Below are positions 1 through 30,845 of a stretch of 64,000 nucleotides of DNA, piece after piece. The stretch is from NCBI GenBank assembly GCA_963920595.1, contig OY986947.1, forward strand, positions 2,666,001 through 2,730,000, written 5' to 3'. This DNA is from Eimeria praecox (Eukaryota). Below the pieces are notes generated by a model that saw nothing but the letters and a program-made list of their open reading frames with translations, did no database searches and was not told the DNA's origin. The first letter of the stretch is position 1. Each line of letters begins with the position of its first letter. Position numbers and translations under genes: made by a program.

Positions 1-194
1 GCGGGCCCCCGTCGTCGGCGGCGGGGACGGCCGGCTCTAGGGATTATATGTGTTGTTTTATCTACGTATTTTTAATTTAATTTAATTTAATTGTTTAAAT
101 AAAAACTAATTATATTTAAAATACAAAAGAGGAGAGAAGATATAGAAGATATAACGTTCGGGGTTGCTCTCTTGGAGGGAGCCCCTACATCTCC

Positions 195-252
<58 letters not shown>

Positions 253-534
253 ATCTGCTGCTCTCAATTTATTATCTCGAAGGGTTTTACTTCTTTCTCT
301 ACTAAAAACACAGCGGGGACTCATTACTTGAAGAACACCATCGCAGGCTTTGCTGCTGCTGCTGCTGCTGCAGCTGCTGCTGCTGCTGCTGCTGCTGGTT
401 GTCGACTCGGCAGCAGCACAGCCGGTGCAGCAGCAAGGCAGCAGCAGCAGCAGATACATCCATACAAGCAGGATCAGCAGCAGCAGCAACAACACTAGCA
501 GCAACAGCAACAACAGCAGCAAGAGCAGCAGCAA

Positions 535-568
<34 letters not shown>

Positions 569-775
569 TGCTGCAACAGCAGCAGTGCTGCTGCAGCCGG
601 GAGCCGACAGGTATAGAGGAGTGAATGGCTTCTCTACAACAGATTATTCTTTGCTGCAGCAGCAGCAGAGCAGCAGCAGCAGCTGCTGCTGCTGAACGTA
701 CAGCAGCAACAGCAGCAGCAACAGCAGCATACATGCAGCAACAGCGGCTGCAGCAGGAAGGACAACCACATCCGC

Positions 776-809
<34 letters not shown>

Positions 810-817
810 GCAGCAAG

Positions 818-19763
<18,946 letters not shown>

Positions 19764-19792
19764 ATCCTGCCGCTGCTGCTGGAGCTGATGCT

Positions 19793-20137
19793 GCTGCTGC
19801 AGCAGCTCCTGGTGCTGCTGCTGCAGCTCCTGGTGCTGCTGCTGCAGCAACTGGTGCTGCTGCTGCAGCTCCTGGTGCTGCTGCTGCAGCTCCTGGTGCT
19901 GCTGCTGCAGCTCCTGGTGCTCCTGCTGCAGCTCCTGGTGCTCCTGCTGCAGCTCCTGGTGCTGCAGCTGCTGGTGCTGCTGCTGCAGCTGCTGGTGCTG
20001 CTGCTGCAGCTGCTGGTGCTGCTGCTGCAGCTGCTGGTGCTGCTGCTGCAGCTGCTGGTGCTGCTGCTGCAGCTGCTGGTGCTGCTGCTGCAGCTGCTGG
20101 TGCTGCTGCTGCAGCTGCTGGTGCTGCTGCTGCAGCT
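19793..20137 (+). repeat. 21-bp minisatellite GCTGCTGCTGCAGCT(C/G)CTGGT, ~16 copies, just 3' of the PI4K stop
   Basis: Regular 21-nt period, seen as 7-aa periodicity in all overlapping ORFs. Confidence 0.9.
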
Positions 20138-20573
20138 GATGCGCCTTGAGCTGCTGCTGCACGACACTGAAGCTGCAGCAGTGTTTTCACCTTAGTTGAT
20201 ATACTTCCGCCGTAGTGGGAGACGCAGCGGTGCGCCTGGCAGCAGCAACAGCAGCAGCAGCAACTGCTGCTGCTGCTGCTGCTGCTGTTACTGCACGAAT
20301 ATAGACAATATGTACATTGTCTCTGTCCCTTGCCTGTTTGGCTTTGCTAATCTCCAAACTCCGCTGATAGCGGCTGATGCTGTAGCTACAACTGCCGTTG
20401 CTGCTGCTGTTGCTGCTGCTGCTATTGTTGTTGTTGCTGCTGCTGCTGTTGCACTGTGTTTTCTGTTTCCCGCTGCTGTTGCTGCTGCTGCTGCCGCTGT
20501 TTCTTCCTAGTCACCCCCGTATGGGCACAAGCCCCAAGTTCAGCACCAGCAGCAACAGCAGCAACAACAAGAT

Positions 20574-20608
<35 letters not shown>

Positions 20609-20625
20609 CGTGGCGGTGCTGTTTA

Positions 20626-20932
20626 TTATACAACGTATCTGCCTCCTCCTAGTGTTCTTGTGGTTCCTTCGAGAGGTTGTCTTCTTTTTCTCTCAAAACC
20701 TTCGAAGGCTTTAGAGGATGGCTCCAGGTGTACATGCAGCTTCTTTGCTGCTGCTTCTAATTTGTCTTTGTCTAATTTATATTTTGGGTTTATCCTTGGA
20801 CCCTTCGGTGGATCCATATGTTCGATGATTGTTTTATGTTTTATTTCTTCTGTCTCCAGCAAATATTTCTCTATTTCCTGTTCATACAACATATAAACAA
20901 AATACACACACTAATGTATACAATCAAACAGA

Positions 20933-20967
<35 letters not shown>

Positions 20968-21285
20968 ACTACTACTAGTTCTCAGCCTTGCTGCTGCCGC
21001 TGCAGGGCCTCAAAGCTGCAGCTTTGGATCCGTCGGACGTTTCAAGTGCAGCTGTGATTGCTAGAACTGCTGCAACTGCAGCAGCTACAGCAGCAGCTGG
21101 TGCTGCAGCTGCTGCTGCTGCAGCACCACAACAGCAAAGACAGAACAGCTGCTGCAGCAGCATTAGTTATCTTGACTCACTTCCTGCAGCAACCCGCAGG
21201 AGGTGATCTCGTCAATGAAGGCCCCATACTCCCTCAGCAGCGCGAAGGGGACAGTCTTCTCCTTAGGATGTTTATTTCGGCTGAG

Positions 21286-21320
<35 letters not shown>

Positions 21321-23571
21321 ACACCAACAGCAGCAGCAGCTTCTGAATGCGTCAGCAGCGGCAGCTTCGCAATACAGCAGCAGCAGCAACAAACACCGAG
21401 GGCTTAGGTGGCTTCCGCACGAAACCCCAGCACGATAATCACAGCAGCAGCAGCAGCAGCAGCACCGGCAGCAGCAGCATAACAACAGCAGCATGCAGCA
21501 GCAGCAGCAACAACCACTGCAGCAGCAACAGCAGCAACTTGCGTTGGTTTGCTCAGCCCCACAAAAGGGGAAGGGATGTCTCCTTCTGCTGCTTCAAACA
21601 GACGAATCATTTCAGTCTCCCAGGCCTCTGCAGATCAACAAGCTGCAGCCCCCAAGGAATTAATGCTGGGGTTTAAGGTTTAAGGTTTAGGGTTTAGGGC
21701 TTAGGATTTAGGATTTAGGGTTTAGTGTTTAGGGTTTACCGTTTAGGGTTTACGGTTTAGGGTTTAGGGTTTGTTGTCTAGGGTTTGGGGTTTAGGGTTT
21801 AGGGTTTAGGGTTTAGGGTTTACTGTGAAGTCTGATATTATCTAGATGTTGCCGAAGAGGTTTTCTGCGTGTTTTTTTGGTTTTTGTTTGTTTTTTAGTT
21901 TGTTTGGGGATGATATCGCATTCTAATTCAAAGTGATAGCACCAAGGAAGATGCTGTCTGTAATCTTCTTCACTATCTCCTTCATCAACTATATATCTAG
22001 CTGTCTCTCTCTCTGTCTCGCTGTCTCCCTCTGGGTCTCCTAGGCCCTCTTCAAGGGAGTCTCCTTCTCTCCGCTTCCCACACCCTCCGTCTCCTCCGTT
22101 TAGACTGCCTCTACATCTTCTTGCTGCTCCTCGCATCACCGCGCAACCCATCCCGCCCTGGGGGGCCCCCTGTCTTGACTCCCGTGGGGCCCTGTGTGCT
22201 GAAACCCATGGGGCCCCCTGTGTTGTTGAACCCCGTGGGGCCCCGTCTGTTAAACCCTGTGGGGCCCCGTGTGTTGGACCCTGTGGGGCCCCGGGCGAAC
22301 CCCTCATGGGGCCTCTCTGCGAGGCCCTTTGCAGCTGTCTGGGTTCTGCTGGCTGCTGCATCGGGGGCGCCTCAAGGGGCCCCGGGTTCAAACTGAAGGC
22401 TGAAGGCCGCTGGGGGCTCCCGCATGCATCATTTGAAGGAACCCTGCAGCCAGAGGGGCCCCTAGAAAAGCCGCCGTCGCCCCTTAGTAACGGTGGAGGG
22501 GCCCGCAAGGAGCCCCTCGAGAAGCCCTCGCTGGGGTCCCCCAAGGAGGTCCTCGGAGGGGCCCTTTCGAAAGGGGGAGGCCCCTGTTGTATATGTTGTG
22601 AGGCCTCTGAGGTGCGGCTCGGGTTTCGCCTAGATTTATGGGGCTTCTTTAAATATTTTTCGCAGTCTTTTTTGAATTCCTTATCCAGCCAATCTTGTCT
22701 AAACATAACCTGTGAAGGAAACATTCAAATATTCAAATTCACAGATGAGCGTAGCCCTCATCCCCAGGGTGTATGTACAACCCTTTCTACATATATGTCT
22801 TTGTCTTCATAACTAAGGCCTGCTGCCTCAAGTTGGGTATTACAGAGTAAGCAGAAGCTCAAGGGACTCAGCGTCTAAGGGTGAAGCGAACTAAAGATAT
22901 ACTTGATGGGTTTTGATAAGATATCGCAACATGCGGGATCGTCTCCATCTTTGTCTTTCCATGGGCGCCCACTGTCTCCTGCTTCGGGGGCCGAGGGCCT
23001 CTTTGTAGTCAAGCCCGAAGCGCAGCAGGTGTCTCCTGCTCTCTTCGCTCAGTGGGGGGCCCCCGGGGCCCCTAAGAAAAACGTCCTCGGTGAGAGCTGG
23101 CAAAGCTTCTAGAGGACCCTCGCTGTCTGTTTCGTCAGGAGACAGTAGCCGTCTGTCCTCATCCTCAAGGGTCTCGTCCTCTGTGCAACTTGTACGATCT
23201 GCTGCATGCGCAGTAGCCTTCGACGGCTCCCCCCTTCTCCCCCAATCAGGGTAAGGAAGTGCTGGGGGCCTCCTTTGTCTTTCGGTTGCGTTCAGGTTCT
23301 CCTCTGCTGCTGCAAACCAGAGTTCCTCAAGGGTTGGCTGCTGAGGCTCCTGAAGTTATTCGATTCACCGCACAACACAGCTGATGATAATATATAGCCA
23401 AACAAATAAAACGATAAGGGAGGCAAGTAGGAAAGCATAGATGAGAAGGGGGAGTAAGAAACAGCAGAAACAAAGAAAGTCATGAAGAGAAAAACAATGG
23501 GGGACAGAAACAGAAACAGAGTCATATAATAATAACCGTCTTCCCGCTTATATATTCTGCATATTGGTGTA

Positions 23572-23661
<90 letters not shown>

Positions 23662-24305
23662 TTTCTTACGCCTTCTTGTCTACCTATAACACGTCTGTCT
23701 ATGCAATATCTCTGGATGTTCTTCGTCTTTTGTGGCTTTGTGGTGTATTTACGCTTCGCTTTCCATGTATATTTGTTCGCGTTATCAGCTCCTTTTTGCG
23801 TGCTTCTTGTCTACATTTCATGTCTCATGTTTGCTCCACTCTGTCTGCCCTTTTCTTAGAGACTATTCAGGTGTTTTCCTTTTACAATTAAAGCAGCAGG
23901 TGCATGCATGCACAGGGCCAACGCACTCACCGGCTCAGGCACCGACGGACTCCCCTTAGGGGCGTAGGGATCCTCTAGTCTGGGGGTCAAACCCCCGGGC
24001 AGTTGCAGGTAGTCCCATGGTTGTGTTTCTGCTGGTCTGTAGGCAGACTTGAGCTGTATTTCTTTAGGTTTTCTGCGTCTGGGTGGGAAGGCATAGGTAG
24101 GGTTTGGGGCCCTTGCATGCGTTAGGACGCCAAAACGATGAAGGTCGGCCTTTACAAGCTGTTGCAGCCCCTCTTCCATTCGTTGTACTGCAGGGGCCGG
24201 AGCATCCTCGGGCGGCCATCGAGGTTGAGCCCCCAGGGGCTTCTTCTCAACATTCAACACCCGAGAAGGAAACGAGGGCTGCGCCTTGGTGGGCTGCTGC
24301 ATCAT
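20626..24305 (-). CDS. Multi-exon hypothetical protein (basic, Pro/Arg-rich; no family recognised)
   Basis: Phase-consistent exons on -: 24305-23931 (GTGAGT donor), 23349-22903, 22709-21824, 21627 to an unresolved end near 21.55-21.42 kb, 21280-21181, and ~20877-20626 (TAA). High-complexity peptides include VMFRQDWLDKEFKKDCEKYLKK, DYRQHLPWCYHFELECDIIPK and EIEKYLLETEEIKHKTIIEHMDPPKGPRINPKYKL. Confidence 0.7.
21668..21822. repeat. Intronic telomere-like array, partly degenerate
   Basis: About 21 TTTAGGG-like units; the array abuts the minus-strand donor at 21823-21822. Confidence 0.95.
23576..23656. repeat. (TA)n microsatellite in intron 1 of the minus-strand gene
   Basis: About 40 TA units. 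Confidence 0.95.
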
Positions 24306-25955
24306 CCGCCTGATGGATCTGGGACGAAATCTTTTTTATAATTTAAGATGAAAAAATAAACAGAAAAACCCTAATATATAAACGGGACTAACAGATTCCT
24401 TTGATATGAAATCGAAGGACCATTGGTCCGATGGCTTGTGGCTGCTGCTGGTGGTGAGTGATGGCTGAGTGTCGAGGCGCTGCGCCTTGCATGCTTAATT
24501 CTCGCTACTCGAGGACTACTAAGATTAATCTAAATAATAATCTATTTCTTATGTACTGGCTATTTGTCTTCTCTGCCGGCAATAACAAAGGCTGCATAAA
24601 CATGATTTCGATATCAGCATCCTTGCAGGTGAGGGCTCTTCAGCGAGTAGTAGCGGTCTGCAAAGAAACCGATCTAAGAAAAAGTATTTAGACCTGAATT
24701 CTATCGAACCTTCTCACAAGAGAAAAACACCCACATCACGAGTCTAAGGGGAAGGCCTCTGACAGTCTAAGGGCTAACCCTCTGCCACGGGGAGGGTCAC
24801 CTTGCCTGCAAGCTCCCATTTGCAAAACTTGTGAAGAGCCCCAAAGGACCTTAACTGTGATATGAAAGCTTCCTTAAGAGACTAAGGGCTCTAGCTGCAG
24901 GTCTTCGTAGCCCGCACAGAGTAAACGAATCCTAACTCATCTCAAATCGGCCTTGTTGTAGGAAAGCGGACAGGCGGCTGCGGATGCGGTAGGCGTTTTC
25001 TGACGAACAAGCGGAAACGGATGATGCCACATAGTAGGCGTTCAGAGGTCAAAACCTCAGCTCCCAACAGGGGGGGATAGACGACGGCTAGCCAGCAGCA
25101 AACTGAGGAACCTCCGATTCCTGCCGTCTTGTTCATGGGTTATGATGCGCGTAACGTCCCAGCGTATACGAGGGAAAGCAGCAGCAAAACATGGGCTAGG
25201 CGATGATATTTCATCGCCTTATTCTCTTTTTATCATTTATTATTGAATGTAACAGCGGATTTTACGCCGCCAAACTCTACAAAACCTGCAAAAGTATACA
25301 AGATCGCGCTTGTACTCCTGCGAATTTCGTCTCGCATAAATATGCTGCTTGGTCTTCTGTCTGGATGGGCTTCAAATACTTTACATTCTGATATCTACAA
25401 TAAAATATACATAGGAGTTCTGAGGCTGAATATCACAAGGGATTAAGAGACAAGTAAGTCGTAGCTAGACAGTATATCTGATATCGTCAAACAAAGCCTC
25501 CATCCTAGCTATCCAGACTCCGACAATGCAGGATACTGTTTAAATGTATTATTAAAACATTGAAATGCCGTCTCAGAGTTGAATTTGTTATTTCTTTTGC
25601 TTAGAGGCTGTTAGCTTGTATTATCAAAGCAGCAGCGTTCAGAAGTACGATATATACTCTCTTCTGCTTATACTCTGCCGATATTCTTTGTTATGAAGCC
25701 AGATATGTCTTGATCTCTCTGCTGTTAGGTGTTTTGTGCCTCTCCGCTGTCTATTTTATATCAAATAGAAAATTGAACATACTCATTTGTTGTATATACG
25801 AATATAGAGGAAACTAGTAAACCCTGCCTTCTTCCTCAGAGCAATGATATACTTCTGCGCGTCAGCAAGCAGCTGCTCCTTCGCTGCTGGTTCCAGCACT
25901 GCTCAACAGGGGGAGGCACCTTCCCGGGGTTATTTTAACAAGCAAACTAAGCAAC

Positions 25956-25984
25956 TAACCCTAAACCCTAAACCCTAAACCCTA
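25956..25984. repeat. Short intergenic (AAACCCT)n
   Basis: About 4 heptamers. Confidence 0.85.
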
Positions 25985-27727
25985 TCCTCTATCCCCTTTG
26001 GGTGGCCGATCCTCTCAAACGAATCTGACTACCGAAGGAACATCTGAAATATTGCATTCATTCGTCTTTAGACACGCTGAACAGACACCTAGTACTAGTT
26101 GCCTCCTCCCCTACAGCAGAAGATTCGCCTTACTCTTATCGTTGTTTTGTTTACTTCTTTGGAGTGCTACAGCACTTTAAGCCACCATGCTTTCGCCACA
26201 ACAAAGGAATCAATTGTGCTTCAGCCCCCTCCAGCAGCAGCACAACAAGAAGCCCTGCTTCCATCCACTGAATTTTAGATTTGTTAAGGAGTGAATACAA
26301 AGCAATATTCTTGCTTAGATAGTGCACTGGGGGACTGTTAATATGCACGATCCGTTGCTGCACGGAGAGGCAGAGGCGCCCCTGCAGCAGCAGCAGCCAC
26401 ACCAACAGCTTTAGCAGCAGCATTAGCACATGTCTGTATACGATATCCGTGATGAAGCCTCCGAAGGTCCCCTCCACCGTTTATACCTTGCCTTCACTGC
26501 CAGTGCCACGGCCTTGTATTACTGGTTCTAGGGTCTGGCGTTACTGACTTCTCGAGGGGGGTGTTGCGCCGGTGTAGCACAGCCGATAGAAAAGGCATAC
26601 TTTCACTGTTCTTCAAAGCATTTTGTCACAAGGTGTTCGTACACCCGGAAGAGTGTGCTGGCGCGTAGGTGTGTGTGCAACGCTAGCTTGCAGGGTGGTG
26701 CTGGGCAGCCGGTGTCTGAGTGCTGCTAGCCTGTTGGCCCGATCTCTGGTGGCTTAAATGCATCAAATGCATCACTTAAGTAGGATTTGACTCACTTTCC
26801 ACCTAATGCTCCGAGGAAGGGAGTCTGCAACAGCAGGGTTATCTGCCGCGCCGGGACACCGTGCCATGCCGTAGGCTGCAGCAGGGTGGTGGAGGGTAGT
26901 ATAGATTCGGAATGCCATGAAATAATGGGGAAATAGGGTTTAAAAGTAGTAAGTATATTACATATCAATTTATCACTCAAAAGAACACGTTTATATCCGC
27001 AGCTTTATGCCTATTTAGCGCGCGGCAGCCGCAGCCTTGCTCTGTGGGTGGTTGCCACAGCAACAGACACAGGAGTGTGAGAGGCTGTTCGCCGTCCCTC
27101 TGCGGTTCTTTTTCGTACTTTTTCCCTCAAACTGCTTTTATTTGTTTGTAAGGACGATTTTCAGCTGTTTATTGAACATTTTATAATTCAGTACCCTCAG
27201 TCTCAGACTGTCGGTGCTGCTGCTCGCCGAGGCAACCGCAGGCAGCTGCTGCGCTGCAGCAGTTGTCTTGTCATGGTTTGTTTGCCATTTCGGCACATTT
27301 GGAGCTACTTCTTTTAGAAGTTGGCTTCTAATCCGCTTGTAGCCAACACATCCGGTGTCTGCCGGTCTCCGCCTGCTGCTCCAGCTAGTGCTGCTCTTGC
27401 TGTTGCAGCACCGACCACCCACTACGGGCGTCATTTGCCGCCTGTTTTCTGTGCTGCGCGGGCGATATGTTCTATTGACGGCAGAATATTAACACCGAAA
27501 GAGGAACGGCAGCGTCAGCAACAGCCACAACAACGGCGTCAGCAGCAGCAGCAGATCTGTTTCAGCAGTTTGCTGTTGTGTGTTTGTTTGTGTTGTGGGT
27601 GACCTGCTTATTTGTTTGTTTCTTCTTCCGTCTGTCCGTTTTTCTACTGTTCTTCCTGATTGAAGTTTGTTGTGTCTGGAATTACCACTGTGTAATAATA
27701 CCCCCCATTTGTAGTGCGAGTGCAAGT

Positions 27728-29518
27728 ATGACAGCGGCAAAGAGCAAGAACGGCGTTGCAGCAGCAACCAGCGCAGCAACAGCTGCTGCTACGGTGGCGG
27801 CATGTGCAGCGGTGATATGTGCTGTAGGATATCGTCCTCTGTGTCGTCTGCTATCATGGATGTTTCCTCCAGAGGCCTGGGGCCCAGGCAAGGGGGTTGA
27901 GCTTGCTCTGTATTTTCAGTCACACATAATGATCACATGTTTCCTCTACCTTCCTGCGGTGTATATACTGCGTTGGATCATGTCGTCACGGCCAGCATAC
28001 TCATTGCGAGGCGTGGCCTTTGTTTGGAACCTTGTGCTTTCCCTTCTTTCATTCTTAGGGTTTATGACGGTGTTGATACAGCAGCCGTCTCTGCTAACGG
28101 TGCCTGTACACCCGGAGCGTTATTTCACTCCACCTGTACGGGTGGTTGTGGCTCTATTTACCCTGACTAAGGCAGTAGAATTCGGAGATACTTTTATTCT
28201 TGTGTTTAAAAAGAAGCCTCTCTCTTTCTTACACGTCTATCATCATCTCACCGTCACCTTGTATTGCTGGTCTGCTCAGCGGACTAATGTTGATTTTGCA
28301 CATGGATTTGTTCTTATGAATCTCGGCGTTCATTCCCTCATGTACCTGTACTACTGTTTGTCTTGCTGTGTATATACAGCACGGCCTAGCAGGTCTGCAG
28401 GGGCCAAAGATGCCAGCAGCAGCACCAGCAGCACCACCGCCACCACCACCACCACCACCACCACCACCCGCAGTAGCAGCAGCAGCAGCAGCAGCAGCGG
28501 CGGCAGCGGCAGGAGCTTGCTGCATCAGGTGCTGCGGCAATCACGCCCAGCAATTACCCTCATGCAAATAGCACAGATGATCGTGGGGATGTACTTAGCT
28601 ACGAAGGGGGCCCTTTGTCTTGAAGATCAAGAGCAAGTCCTTAATGCGCAGATTGCTCTGGCAATGTATACATCTTATGCTGTATTATTCTTAAGATTGT
28701 ACTGCAGCAGCTATCTTCCCCACCTCAGCAGCAATAGAGTGCTGCTGCTCTTCCTCTTGCATGCGCTAGCAGCAGCAGGCGTCTATCGACTCTCTTGGGC
28801 GCCACACAAACTCCATCTTATCGCACATTGTGCTGTTGCTGCTGCTGCTTCGCTGCTGCTTGCCTCCGTATGCAGCAGCAGCAGCAAGAGCAACAAAAAC
28901 AACACAAACACCAGGAGCAACTTGTGGCTCTCGCTGCTGCTCGCCTTCAGCCTCCCCTGTGGGCTAGCAGTAGCAGCGAAACAACAAGAAGACGAGCAGG
29001 CAGAACATGGAGCAACAAAGCCAACAGCTGCAGCAGCAACTGCTGCTGCTGCTGCTGCTGCTGGAACAGCGGGAGCAGCAGAGGAGACCACCCAACCAGA
29101 GGGGTTAACAGACCGTTGCCCCTCTGTCACTTCTACCTCAGCAGAGACCGCAACTCTTTCTTCCTGTTTCAGCAGCTCTGATGACTTGAGCGCAGCAGCC
29201 TCAAAATGTGCCTCTGCTGCTGCTGCTGGTGCTGCTGCTGGTGCTGCAGGAGCGACACCATCGGGAAAAGAGAAAGCCAAACCAACAGCTGTTCGGTCGC
29301 GGCCTCGGGGTAAAGGAGCGATGAGGCAGCTAACGTACAAGACGGCTTCCATCAACTTGTCAGGCTGGCAGCTGATTGCTGCTGCTGCAGGTGCTGCAGC
29401 ACCTCTGGTGTACGGACAGTTCATCAGCGGCCAATGGTCTGTAGGTTTGTGTGTCTTTGGAGGTCTGCGCTGGGCCCTTGAGCTCCAGGCAGCTCACCAC
29501 TTACGTCTGACTGCCTAG
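27728..29518 (+). CDS. ELO: Fatty-acid elongase, ELO/GNS1/SUR4 family, single exon, with a ~260-aa C-terminal extension
   Basis: Family motifs KAVEFGDTFILV, LHVYHH (28232-28246), MNLGVHSLMYLYY, ITLMQIAQM and MYTSYAVLF, plus multiple TM segments. First in-frame ATG at 27728; TAG ends at 29518. Confidence 0.93.
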   Translation: MTAAKSKNGVAAATSAATAAATVAACAAVICAVGYRPLCRLLSWMFPPEAWGPGKGVELALYFQSHIMITCFLYLPAVYILRWIMSSRPAYSLRGVAFVWNLVLSLLSFLGFMTVLIQQPSLLTVPVHPERYFTPPVRVVVALFTLTKAVEFGDTFILVFKKKPLSFLHVYHHLTVTLYCWSAQRTNVDFAHGFVLMNLGVHSLMYLYYCLSCCVYTARPSRSAGAKDASSSTSSTTATTTTTTTTTRSSSSSSSSSGGSGRSLLHQVLRQSRPAITLMQIAQMIVGMYLATKGALCLEDQEQVLNAQIALAMYTSYAVLFLRLYCSSYLPHLSSNRVLLLFLLHALAAAGVYRLSWAPHKLHLIAHCAVAAAASLLLASVCSSSSKSNKNNTNTRSNLWLSLLLAFSLPCGLAVAAKQQEDEQAEHGATKPTAAAATAAAAAAAGTAGAAEETTQPEGLTDRCPSVTSTSAETATLSSCFSSSDDLSAAASKCASAAAAGAAAGAAGATPSGKEKAKPTAVRSRPRGKGAMRQLTYKTASINLSGWQLIAAAAGAAAPLVYGQFISGQWSVGLCVFGGLRWALELQAAHHLRLTA

Positions 29519-30294
29519 CCATGATGCCCCAAGCACTAAACGGAGCAGCAGCAGCAGCAGCAACAGCAGCAAAGGCGCGTGTCACGAGAGAATATTTAAG
29601 CAACAGCAGCAGCTGCGCAGAACCGCTCAGTGGAATGGGGCTCATTTTGTTTGGTTGTGTCGCTACAGCAGCAACGAACGCGCAAGCCGCAGCAGCTGCT
29701 GTTTTGTAAAACAAACAACAGCAGCAGCAGCGGCATCTGCTGCAGCAACATGAGCTACTGCAGCAGCATATCCGTTCGAGTCGTTTGGTTAAGAAGCGCC
29801 TTTGACGGCAGCGGTAGCATTGCAGCTGCAGCTGCTCTGCCACCGATGCTGCAGGCGCTGCGACTTGGGGAGCAGGATCAGCAGCGGGTGTTGCTGCCCT
29901 GGTTTTAGGTAGTAACCCATACAACCCATTTAACAGTCAGCTCACTGATAGAATATATAATATTCGTTCCTTGTGCTGCTGATTCTTACTGTTGCTGCTG
30001 CTGCTACTCTTACTGTTGCTGTTGTTGCTGCTGCTGTCTGCTAGACCTTCACGAGGTCCTTCCATTGGTTTGCTCGACTTACTGAAACGCCACTGGCACG
30101 CAGCAAGGCGGGGCTCATTATTAGTAGTATCAGCAGGCTAACAGCTATTTATCCCTTCTGCTTCTGTTCAGTGTCTTTGACATCTGCTGCCTGTCTTGTT
30201 GTAGAATCAGCTTGCTTGTTTCCTTCTATTTGCTTCCTTACGCTGTTACTCAACATTATTTGCTTCTTTCTGCTTGTATGTTCAAAACGAACAT

Positions 30295-30845
30295 ATAGTT
30301 AGGGATAGTTAGAGATATATAGAGATAGATATAGAGATCGAAATAGATCGAGATAAATAGAGGTAGAGGTAGATAGAGGTGCAGGTAGATAGAGATCGAT
30401 AGATATATAGTTAGGTAGAGACAGATACATAGATACATACGACATAGATATACAGATATAGATAGAAATGGATGGGGATAAATAGAGATACAGGTAGATA
30501 GAGATACAGGTAGATAGAGATAGATAGAGATAGATAGAGATATAGGTAGATACAGGTAGATAGATAGAGATATAGAGATAGGTAGGTAGAGATAGATAGG
30601 TAAAGAGATAGAGATCGATAGATAGAGACAGGGATTGATAGACAGGTAGAGATAGTTAGATCTATATAGATATAGGCAGATAGAGATGAACAGAGATAGA
30701 TAGAGATAGATAGGTACATAGGTAGATAGGTGGGTAGGTAGACATGTTGATAGGTAGGTAGGTAGGTGGATAGGTAGGTAGGTAGATAGGTAGGTAGATA
30801 TGTTGGTAGGCAGGTATGTAGATATTTAGATAGGTAGATATATAC
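30295..30845. repeat. Degenerate (AGAT/AGGT)n tetranucleotide block
   Basis: About 550 bp of purine-rich GATA/GGTA variants. Confidence 0.92.

Noticed and set aside
24460..27600. Short ORFs between the divergent genes (e.g. 26151-26477 on -)
   Set aside because: No family motif, and I could not build a phase-consistent spliced model. Treated as intergenic or UTR, although a small gene is not excluded.
27578..27727. Upstream in-frame extension of the ELO ORF from a non-ATG start
   Set aside because: This is a eukaryotic gene; the first ATG is at 27728 and the upstream sequence is T-rich and UTR-like.
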